A DNA stretch of 23,463 bases from Promethearchaeota archaeon (GTDB lineage Archaea; Asgardarchaeota; Lokiarchaeia; Sigyniarchaeales; SOKP01). This document shows positions 1 through 7,700 of the stretch, piece after piece. Location of the stretch: contig JBHLNS010000049.1 in the NCBI GenBank assembly GCA_048941285.1, forward strand, positions 1-23,463. Direction: 5' to 3'. Positions within the stretch are counted from its first letter, which is position 1; each line of letters starts with the position of its first letter. The position numbers and the translations under genes are program-made. The notes under the pieces were generated by a model. That model was not told where the DNA came from, did not search any database, and saw only the letters and a list, made by a program, of their open reading frames with translations.

Positions 1-179
1 GAAAACTTAACTCACTGGAAGAATTAAATCTATGGGGAAACCGACTTAAATCACTACCTAAATCTATAAGTGCGTTGCCCAACCTAAAATTAATAGATTT
101 AAGTTTCAATAAATTTGAACACATACCATTAATTTTAAAACAATTAGAAAGAAAAACAGATCTAACAATTAAGTTTTAA
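1..179 (+). CDS. Leucine-rich repeat protein, 3' fragment (runs off the window's left edge)
   Basis: Not in the ORF track. Frame from nt 3 reads KLNSLEELNLWGNRLKSLPKSISALPNLKLIDLSFNKFEHIPLILKQLERKTDLTIKF*, with TAA at 177-179. Contains two LxxLxLxxNxL repeats and resembles the C-terminus of 6190..7692 (LTELNLWGNNLRSLP). Confidence 0.9.
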   Translation, partial: KLNSLEELNLWGNRLKSLPKSISALPNLKLIDLSFNKFEHIPLILKQLERKTDLTIKF

Positions 180-202
180 CTGGCATTAGTGATATAACCA
201 AA

Positions 203-448
203 ATGATAAAGAAAAGTAAAATTCAAATTAAGATAAATGAAGAAAGATGCACTGGTTGTATAATATGTAAATTGTGGTGTTCATTTTCACATTATAAAAT
301 CTTTAATCCCTCAAGAGCAAATTTAGAAATTGAAGAACGATATAGTTTAACACCTAGGATTATTTTTTTAGATACTTGTACTAATTGTGGGAAATGTGCT
401 CAGCATTGTCTTTATGGAGCACTAAAAATAGTGGAGGACTTAAAGTAA
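203..448 (+). CDS. 2[4Fe-4S] dicluster ferredoxin, likely AOR partner subunit
   Basis: Two CxxCxxCxxxC motifs (CTGCIICKLWC, CTNCGKCAQHC). Stop TAA at 446-448 overlaps the AOR ATG at 448. Confidence 0.9.
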   Translation: MIKKSKIQIKINEERCTGCIICKLWCSFSHYKIFNPSRANLEIEERYSLTPRIIFLDTCTNCGKCAQHCLYGALKIVEDLK

Positions 449-2352
449 TGGAATGGAAGGGGTATACAGGTAATATAATCAATGTAGATTTATCCAATAA
501 TAGAATTTATTTATCTAAATTGAATATCGCGGATGTCAATCAATTCATTGGGGGGATTGGAATTAATACAAAACTCGCAGCTGATTTAATTACCCCAAAT
601 ATAAATCCTTTATCTCCTGAAAATTATATAATAATTGGAGTTGGCCCCTTGGTTGGCACAATCACTCCAGGCTCCTCACGTGTTGTTGCTACTAGCAAAT
701 TCCCGGCAACAGGGGCAATCGCTTATTCCTGTGGTAGCATGAGTTTTGGGTTTAACCTGAAACAAGCGGGATATGACCACATAATTATCTCAGGAAAAGC
801 TGATGAGCCTTGTTGTTTAAATATTTTGAATAATCATATTGAAATTTGTAATGCTAAAAAGTTATGGGGAAGAAGTATTATAGAAACTCATGATGCGCTA
901 AAAAAGAAATTCAAATCATGCGGAACCCTTGTAATAGGACAAGCAGGTGAAAATATCGTTTTTAATTCATTAGCTCTAATAGATAGAACAGCCACGATAG
1001 GACGCGGGGGATTGGGAGCAGTTATGGGATCAAAAAACTTGAAAGCAATTGTCACTATAGGATCAGAGGGTATTGATATATCTGATCCAAAGAGATTTAA
1101 TATTCTCTATAATAGATTATTTGACCGAATCAAAAATTATCCTCATAGGGAATCATGGCATAAATTAGGAATGCTAAGGTCTCTACCTGTTGGAATGCTC
1201 TTTAAAGTTTCAGGACAAAATCAAAAAGCAAGACAATGTGGAGAACGAATTTACCTTAAAAATCTAAAAAGACGACGAATTGCTTGTCCATCATGTCCTA
1301 TGGGTGATAAAGATATTTTAGAACTAAAAGAGGGTAATTCAATTGGATTAATCCATTATGCTACCTCGATTATAAATCCATTCCTAATGTTTGTAGATCT
1401 TGACGGATTAAATTATAATCACGAAGCCATTTTGGCTCATGATAAATGCAATCAATATGGTTTGGATTATATGATGATAGTATGTCTTTTCAATTATTGT
1501 AATAAGTTAAGTGAAAAAGGAATATTAACCAAAAATAACTCAGGAATTGAATGGAATACAGATATAAATACTCTGCTTCAAGTAATTGAAAAAACTGCTC
1601 ACAGAACTGGATTTGGGGATGTTCTTGCTGAAGGAATTCAAAATTTTATGAAAAAGTATAATATTGAAGGTGAAAAGTTGTCACATGTGAAGGGTTTGGA
1701 TATTGTTTTTGAGCCACGGTTAGTACATCTTGGTACAATGGAATTTGAACAAATAGTCAACCCTAAAGGCTCTCATGTAGCTTCTGGTGGGTCTCCTACT
1801 TATATGGGTGCTGTTTTACCTATAAATAAGTTTAAATCTCACTTCAATAGAATGGGCATCCCATCCTATGCTTTCAAAAGGATCTTTACTCCCCCAGTAC
1901 CAGAAATGATGATTAGTGTTGGGCGATTAACACGATATGCTGAAGATTGGTATACTGTTTTAACATCTTTAGGATTATGTGCAAGGGCTCAAATTAATCG
2001 ATTTTACGGATTAGCATCTGTTACTGAATTCTATAATGCTATAACTGGATTTAATTTTACAACTGAAGATCTACGAATTGCAGCTGAGAGAACATGGAAT
2101 TTATTAAAATTAATGAATGTGAAAGAAGGGTTTTCGCGAAAGGATGATAGTATTCCAGAAGATTGGTTTAAACCTTTAAAGTTTGGAAATAATACATTTA
2201 AAATGCTAGATTTTTTTGGAGAAACAATCATTACTCCAGATATTGCAAATAAGCTACTTGATGACTATTACGAGGAACGTGGGTGGGATAAATTCACTGG
2301 AATTCCGACTCAAGAGAAAATTAAAGAATTAGGCTTGGAGAAATTTCTGTAG
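448..2352 (+). CDS. aor: Aldehyde:ferredoxin oxidoreductase (tungstopterin AOR/WOR family), divergent
   Basis: N-terminal GYTGNIINVDLS, GGIG, GRGGLGAVMGSKNLKAIV, YGLD, SLGLC and C-terminal YYEERGWD..GIPT. Start moved from 385 to ATG 448 because of the TAATG overlap, GGAGG at 433-437 and the family-typical M..GY.G start. Confidence 0.9.
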   Translation: MEWKGYTGNIINVDLSNNRIYLSKLNIADVNQFIGGIGINTKLAADLITPNINPLSPENYIIIGVGPLVGTITPGSSRVVATSKFPATGAIAYSCGSMSFGFNLKQAGYDHIIISGKADEPCCLNILNNHIEICNAKKLWGRSIIETHDALKKKFKSCGTLVIGQAGENIVFNSLALIDRTATIGRGGLGAVMGSKNLKAIVTIGSEGIDISDPKRFNILYNRLFDRIKNYPHRESWHKLGMLRSLPVGMLFKVSGQNQKARQCGERIYLKNLKRRRIACPSCPMGDKDILELKEGNSIGLIHYATSIINPFLMFVDLDGLNYNHEAILAHDKCNQYGLDYMMIVCLFNYCNKLSEKGILTKNNSGIEWNTDINTLLQVIEKTAHRTGFGDVLAEGIQNFMKKYNIEGEKLSHVKGLDIVFEPRLVHLGTMEFEQIVNPKGSHVASGGSPTYMGAVLPINKFKSHFNRMGIPSYAFKRIFTPPVPEMMISVGRLTRYAEDWYTVLTSLGLCARAQINRFYGLASVTEFYNAITGFNFTTEDLRIAAERTWNLLKLMNVKEGFSRKDDSIPEDWFKPLKFGNNTFKMLDFFGETIITPDIANKLLDDYYEERGWDKFTGIPTQEKIKELGLEKFL

Positions 2353-2355
2353 GAA

Positions 2356-3042
2356 TTAAATAAATTTTAAAGAGATATCGATATATGACTCATTTTGATT
2401 TTTCGTAATGTGAATTTTTTCAACGCTACAAATAACTTTTTTATTAAGATTAAGCATATAGATTGCTTCAGTAATCCCACAAGCAATATAAAAAAAATAT
2501 GTAAATTCTTCTGAATCCTTTAAATATTCTGAATTACTTAATCGAAATAAAGCATAATTTTGAGTGAGTTCTTGTACTGAAATATTGAGATCATCTTGAA
2601 AAAAATCATATGAATCATAGAATTTTTGAAACAATTTCAACTGAGAAATTTGATCTTTTGTTTTTCTAGCTTTCTTGAATTCTTCAATATAAGCATCACC
2701 AATAGGAAATTGAAATTTCTTAAGAATTTCATGACCTATTTCCTTGAAAATAGTTTCATTCTTTGGAAATTTATTTTTTAATCCAAATAATAGTGCTTTT
2801 AGAAATGAATTAACTAACTCTTTATTTAGATATTCTCTTCTTTTGCTAAAATATAGATGAGCTGAACCAATTTCTTTTTTCGATACAAATCCTTCGTTTT
2901 CTAAAGATCTTAGATGTGTTGATACAGTATTACGATGAGCTCCTGTTTTTTCAGACAGATCAGTTATAGTTAATCCGGACGGAAAAGCATCCAAGGTTTC
3001 TAATATCTTTGATTTATAATCATTTTTTCTAATTGAATTCAT
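2356..3042 (-). CDS. Transcriptional regulator, N-terminal winged HTH (ArsR-like) plus C-terminal V4R-like ligand-binding domain
   Basis: GLTITDLSEKTGAHRNTVSTHLRSLENEGFV is the HTH with wing. The C-terminal IACGITEAIY and V.CSVEKI pattern resembles V4R/H-NOX-like folds (inference). Confidence 0.75.
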   Translation of the reverse strand: MNSIRKNDYKSKILETLDAFPSGLTITDLSEKTGAHRNTVSTHLRSLENEGFVSKKEIGSAHLYFSKRREYLNKELVNSFLKALLFGLKNKFPKNETIFKEIGHEILKKFQFPIGDAYIEEFKKARKTKDQISQLKLFQKFYDSYDFFQDDLNISVQELTQNYALFRLSNSEYLKDSEEFTYFFYIACGITEAIYMLNLNKKVICSVEKIHITKNQNESYIDISLKFI

Positions 3043-3070
3043 TATAAAATATTCAATTTAATTACATGCT

Positions 3071-3106
3071 TTGATCAATTGTTGTGTATTGCACAATTTT
3101 TATATA
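3071..3106. promoter_or_regulatory. Candidate operator palindromes and TATA box in the divergent intergenic region
   Basis: TTGATCAA (3071-3078) and TTGTG-N5-CACAA (3082-3096), immediately followed by TTTTTATATA (3097-3106). Lies between the divergent regulator and radical SAM genes. Confidence 0.5.
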
Positions 3107-3167
3107 TTGGTTTTGACTCAAATATAAATTAACACCTTAAGTAAAAAAACCAATTAAAGGTTAAATA

Positions 3168-5006
3168 ATGAAAGATACTCGTATTTTATTAACTACTCCC
3201 ACTTATCCATATCCCACACTTCCCGCAAATGATTCTTTAACTGATGCTACTGGACAACGTTTCACTCATGGTGATGATATATTTACAATAATTTCTCATA
3301 CACATTGCTTTGGAAACCATATTTTGGCACAAAACATTAGCACACCTTCTACTTTACTTGAATATCCTAGATGGGAGCATTTTACAAATGAAGTCGATAA
3401 GGGTTATGACTATATCGGAATTAGTTGTTTTCCAGTACATTTAGATAATGTATTAAAAATGTGTGAATACATTAGGAAAAACTCACCTGAGACTCAAATT
3501 CTTATAGGATCATATGGGGCACAAGCATTTAAGGCTAAATATGATGAAGAAACTCAAAAAAAATATGTTGATTACGCAGTAAAAGGAGAGGGAGTAAATT
3601 TTCTGCGTAACCTACTTGGAGAGGATACAAATCGTCCAATTGAACAAAAACTTATGCCTAAATGTGGGGGTTCTCTTTGGTTTATTGATAAATATCCAAG
3701 AGGTACTATTGGATTCTTAGTTTCTGGTTTGGGATGCCCTGGTGCTTGCGATTTTTGTTCTACCACTGAAATGTTTGGTTATAAACGAATACAATTACTC
3801 TCGCCAGAAGAATTAATAAAACATATGCATTTATATCATAAGTATTTCCCGGATGTGAGTCAAATATTTGTAATTGAGGAAGACCATTTTCGATATCCAG
3901 AATATTTGATAAAAACTAAGGAATATTGGGAAAGCAGTCCTAAAGTCGTAGAGTCACTTGATTGGTTCGCATTTGGTTCAGTAGATCATATTTGGAATTT
4001 TGCTGATAAATATGGATGGGATGCTGTAGCAGAAATTGGAATTGGTGCAATTTTCATCGGAGTAGAATCCAAATTCGCTGGAGAGCACGGTTACACTAAA
4101 GTAAAAGAAGCAGATGCACGAGAAGTTTTTAATAAACTTCATAACATGGGAATACGCACTATCGGTGCTTGGATATGTGGATGGGATTTTCATGATCATT
4201 CAAATATACATGAGGATCTTAATTATTTTGTAGCATGTTATCCTACATACGAACAGTTAACGCGTTTATCTCCGTTCCCTGGCACAGCATTGTATAATAA
4301 AATGAAAAAAAGTGGACGCTTAAGAGATGTTCCATGGGAAGATGTGCATTTCTGGAGTGGTTCTCAAGAAAATATTGCGTTAGAAATCCATGAAACTCTG
4401 AATTTAACAGAATATGGGTATGATCTTATTTATAAAACATGGGGGCCATCAATTCTTAGGAAACTTGATGTTATACTCAGGGGGTATGAATATTGTTTGA
4501 ATTCTGATAATCCTATAATGAGAGATCATAAATCTCAATTCTTTAAACAACAAGCAGCTGTATTGCAGAGTGTTTGTGGCGCAATGGACCGCTTTGCACC
4601 TAATGGAGTAGTCCGGAGAAGGGTTCGAAAAATAGATCAAAAGTATCGAGATCTAATCGGTGAACCGACAGCAATCCAAAGTGTTTTATCCCGAAATTTA
4701 GAAAAACGCGCTAAAAAGTTAAAAATAAGAAATTTTTTAGATCCTATTAACCGATATCCTAAACAGGAACCAGCAAAACGATATCTTTATCTAAAGAATA
4801 AGAAATTGAGCGAAGGAGATATTCCATATAAAACTCAACTATTATCAAATAAACCATTCGACCTAAGATGGAACAAATTTAGGTTTAAACAGAGATCAGC
4901 ATTTTTGAGTTTTTTATCTATATTAAAATCAAGCAAAACTAACAGTGGATTAGATAAACATATCATAAAAGGATTAAAAAAACAAACTATAGCTTCAGCT
5001 TTTTAA
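3168..5006 (+). CDS. Cobalamin-binding (class B-type) radical SAM protein
   Basis: GCPGACDFC is the CxxxCxxC motif. N-terminal YDYIGISCF...ILIGSYGA...VDYAVKGEG Rossmann B12-binding pattern, plus IFIGVES and LSPFPGTALY motifs. Confidence 0.88.
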   Translation: MKDTRILLTTPTYPYPTLPANDSLTDATGQRFTHGDDIFTIISHTHCFGNHILAQNISTPSTLLEYPRWEHFTNEVDKGYDYIGISCFPVHLDNVLKMCEYIRKNSPETQILIGSYGAQAFKAKYDEETQKKYVDYAVKGEGVNFLRNLLGEDTNRPIEQKLMPKCGGSLWFIDKYPRGTIGFLVSGLGCPGACDFCSTTEMFGYKRIQLLSPEELIKHMHLYHKYFPDVSQIFVIEEDHFRYPEYLIKTKEYWESSPKVVESLDWFAFGSVDHIWNFADKYGWDAVAEIGIGAIFIGVESKFAGEHGYTKVKEADAREVFNKLHNMGIRTIGAWICGWDFHDHSNIHEDLNYFVACYPTYEQLTRLSPFPGTALYNKMKKSGRLRDVPWEDVHFWSGSQENIALEIHETLNLTEYGYDLIYKTWGPSILRKLDVILRGYEYCLNSDNPIMRDHKSQFFKQQAAVLQSVCGAMDRFAPNGVVRRRVRKIDQKYRDLIGEPTAIQSVLSRNLEKRAKKLKIRNFLDPINRYPKQEPAKRYLYLKNKKLSEGDIPYKTQLLSNKPFDLRWNKFRFKQRSAFLSFLSILKSSKTNSGLDKHIIKGLKKQTIASAF

Positions 5007-5043
5007 TTTTTTCTAAAATCACTAATTTTATATATGATTTCAA

Positions 5044-6129
5044 ATGAGCCAGAAACTAAGAATATTCCAAACTCCGGGGAATAGTCCAATAAAAAAAATC
5101 CCTAAAGATTATTTTCCAGAACGATCTGGTTTTTGGTTTGAACTTTCAGAAGGTTTAGACGCTAAAAAAAGGATGTTTTTTAGAGATAGCAAGCATGGAA
5201 ATGATAATCCCAATGAAGTAATTTTATTTATCCATGGTAATCCAGAGAATTCATACACATATAGAAAAGTTATAAAAAATGTGGTCGATTGGGCTAAAAA
5301 GCCATACAGAATTGTTGCTATAGATCATATTGGGTTTGGTTTATCAGATCAAGCAACATATGAAATGGTTTGCATGGATCATGCTGCTAACTTAAACCAA
5401 CTCGTGAATTATTTAAATTTAAGGAATATAACCCTTGTTATTCATGATTGGGGAGGACCAATTGGCGTCGGTGCTTTCTTAAAGGAACCTGAAAGAGTAA
5501 ATAACCTTATTATTTTAAATAGTACAGTTTTTCCTATGCCCCCAAATGGAATTACTTATCAAAATTATCCAGGATCATGGTTAAATTGGGCAAGAGGCCC
5601 AAAGATTATCCCCAACAGATTATGGGGTGCATTTGCGGCTTTTTCGATTTTTGCTAAGCCAATGACTCCTACAAAATTATTTATTAAAATGATTTTTTCG
5701 ATCTTAGCAAAACAGTTAGGTATTTTTAAGAGAAATGAAAAAATTGCCCAAAAGATATTTAAAAAACAATTTAAAAGCAAATCTAACACATTAAGTTCTA
5801 AACGACTTGTACTCCAAACGCCTTTCTGGGGTTATGGAAACATCTACATTGAATCTAAACTAGGGAAACGAGATACATCAGATTTTTATCGCTTTATCCA
5901 AGATAATATAAGCCGTTTTTGGGGTTTGAATGGTCAAAAAATAGGTGTTAGGGCAATTTGTGGCGAATGGGACCCTTCAGCTAAACCTGAAGTAATTGAA
6001 CAATGGATTGCACATTTACCTCAACTTAAAGGTCATGTTAAAATATTCCAAGATGTAGGTCATTTTATTGAAGAAGTTAAACCTAAAGAAATAGCTAATG
6101 AAATAATTAATGTTGCTGGATTAGTTTAA
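5044..6129 (+). CDS. Alpha/beta hydrolase, haloalkane dehalogenase subfamily III / OleB-like
   Basis: HGNP oxyanion motif, DHIGFGLSD, HDWGG (Asp nucleophile followed by Trp), ILNS, GEWD (candidate acid) and VGHF (catalytic His). Confidence 0.8.
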   Translation: MSQKLRIFQTPGNSPIKKIPKDYFPERSGFWFELSEGLDAKKRMFFRDSKHGNDNPNEVILFIHGNPENSYTYRKVIKNVVDWAKKPYRIVAIDHIGFGLSDQATYEMVCMDHAANLNQLVNYLNLRNITLVIHDWGGPIGVGAFLKEPERVNNLIILNSTVFPMPPNGITYQNYPGSWLNWARGPKIIPNRLWGAFAAFSIFAKPMTPTKLFIKMIFSILAKQLGIFKRNEKIAQKIFKKQFKSKSNTLSSKRLVLQTPFWGYGNIYIESKLGKRDTSDFYRFIQDNISRFWGLNGQKIGVRAICGEWDPSAKPEVIEQWIAHLPQLKGHVKIFQDVGHFIEEVKPKEIANEIINVAGLV

Positions 6130-6176
6130 ATTTATAATTAGATTTCTAAATTTATAATAAGATTGCTTTATAATAA
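6127..6176 (+). repeat. Tandem 20-bp direct repeat carrying TATA-like TTTATAAT
   Basis: TAAATTTATAATTAGATTTC (6127-6146) and TAAATTTATAATAAGATTGC (6147-6166) are 18/20 identical. A third partial copy TTTATAATAA starts at 6167. Confidence 0.7.
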
Positions 6177-6189
6177 TCATAAAATTTTC

Positions 6190-7692
6190 ATGAAATTAAC
6201 TCCCAGATCTATTTATACTGAATTTAAAAAGGGAAATTTGGAAAAACAATCGGCTATAGATCAATTATTTACATTAATAAATAATTTTGACGATCCAAAA
6301 TTACGAATTGAAAGTATTGAAGTTTTAATAAAAATTGGTTCAAAGAATGACCAAGTTTTTAATCTATTTGAAAATCTTTTAATATCTGATTCTCATGAAG
6401 AAGTTAGAAACACAGCAATAAAAGCAATTAGACAAAATTTTATTGAAAAAGCCTTAAAGCCAATGAAATGGGCATTCCAATATGAGTCCTCTATATATTG
6501 TCTTTTATCTATTATCTCCACATTAGGTATGATAAATAACGACAAGGCTAAATCTTTTTTAATTGACAAAATAAAAAATATTGATATTTTTCAATTTACT
6601 AAAAGCCTACAAAATACTTTTAACAATGGGAAAATAAATGTTTTCACAAACATACGGCTTTCAGAAATCCTAAGTAATTACATACTTATTAAATACTTTA
6701 AAAAAGAATTCGATAGCATTAATTACAGCTTAAATGAAGGGTTAGTAATCTCATTAGACTTATCTGGAATCAGTACAAATGTATTTGGATGGAAGATTTT
6801 AAGAAAATTACCTGAATTCATTGCAACTCTTAAATTTCTTCAGAAATTGGATTTAAAAATCAATAGAATTGCGAAATTACCTTCAAGTATTGGCAATCTT
6901 GATTCTCTAACTTATTTAGATATAAGCAATAACAACCTTAAGAGTTTACCTGAATCCTTTGGTTCTCTAAAATCGTTAAAATACTTAGATTTGAAATACA
7001 ATAAAATAAGCGAAATACCAAATACTATTGGAAAATTAAAAGAATTAAACATTCTAGATTTAAGACATAATACTATTAAATCTCTTCCAAATGAAATCTC
7101 GGGTTTGAGTTCATTAGAAATTCTGGATCTACATGGAAATAAATTGAATAACTTACCAGAATCAATGGAAGGATTTAAATCCTTGAAAAGATTAGAATTA
7201 GGTTTAAATAAATTAGAAATTCTCCCTGATTCAATTACTAATCTTAAATCTTTGATGAGTCTGGGTTTAGGAGGGAATAATATTACAGTAAATTTTTCAC
7301 TTCTAAGCAATTTAAGTTCACTTCAAGAATTAAATCTTTATGATAATAATATAAAATGTCTTCCCGATGAAATTGGTTTACTAAATTCTTTAGAAACATT
7401 AATTCTCAGAAATAACAATCTTAAATCCTTGCCAGAGTCATTTAAGAAGATGGATTCTCTCAAGAAGCTAGATTTAAGCTGGAATAATCTTATAAGCCTT
7501 CCAGAATGGATAGATAATCTTTCTTCATTAACAGAATTAAATTTATGGGGAAATAATTTAAGATCTCTTCCTTCTACAATAGGTAATCTCTCATCATTAA
7601 AAGTTCTTAATTTAAACTTCAATAATTACATTAGAAAAATTCCAGAATCTCTAAAAATTTTACAAGACAAAGGATTAAAAATTTACAAATAA
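6190..7692 (+). CDS. HEAT-like repeat plus leucine-rich repeat protein (about 12 LRRs of 23 aa)
   Basis: N-terminal helical repeats (ENLLISDSHEEVRNTA) followed by 12 LxxLxLxxNxLxxLP-type repeats. ATG 6190 (MKLTP) is preferred over TTG 6163 because it aligns with the paralogue start MSLTP at 15834. Confidence 0.88.
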   Translation: MKLTPRSIYTEFKKGNLEKQSAIDQLFTLINNFDDPKLRIESIEVLIKIGSKNDQVFNLFENLLISDSHEEVRNTAIKAIRQNFIEKALKPMKWAFQYESSIYCLLSIISTLGMINNDKAKSFLIDKIKNIDIFQFTKSLQNTFNNGKINVFTNIRLSEILSNYILIKYFKKEFDSINYSLNEGLVISLDLSGISTNVFGWKILRKLPEFIATLKFLQKLDLKINRIAKLPSSIGNLDSLTYLDISNNNLKSLPESFGSLKSLKYLDLKYNKISEIPNTIGKLKELNILDLRHNTIKSLPNEISGLSSLEILDLHGNKLNNLPESMEGFKSLKRLELGLNKLEILPDSITNLKSLMSLGLGGNNITVNFSLLSNLSSLQELNLYDNNIKCLPDEIGLLNSLETLILRNNNLKSLPESFKKMDSLKKLDLSWNNLISLPEWIDNLSSLTELNLWGNNLRSLPSTIGNLSSLKVLNLNFNNYIRKIPESLKILQDKGLKIYK

Positions 7693-7700
7693 CCTACTAA

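Noticed and set aside
385-447. 21-aa N-terminal extension of AOR from the ORF track
   Set aside because: It overlaps the ferredoxin gene. ATG 448 has an SD, a TAATG coupling and a family-typical N-terminus.
1303-1308. TGA within GGTGAT at the AOR missing-Cys position, as possible selenocysteine
   Set aside because: The TGA is out of frame, and the reading frame continues uninterrupted as GGT-GAT (Gly-Asp).
6127-6166. Mini-CRISPR or IS end
   Set aside because: The two units are directly adjacent with no spacer, and there are no cas or transposase genes in the window.
6912-7622. Antisense ORFs of 132 aa and 94 aa with apparent periodicity
   Set aside because: They are shadows of the LRR codon periodicity on the opposite strand.
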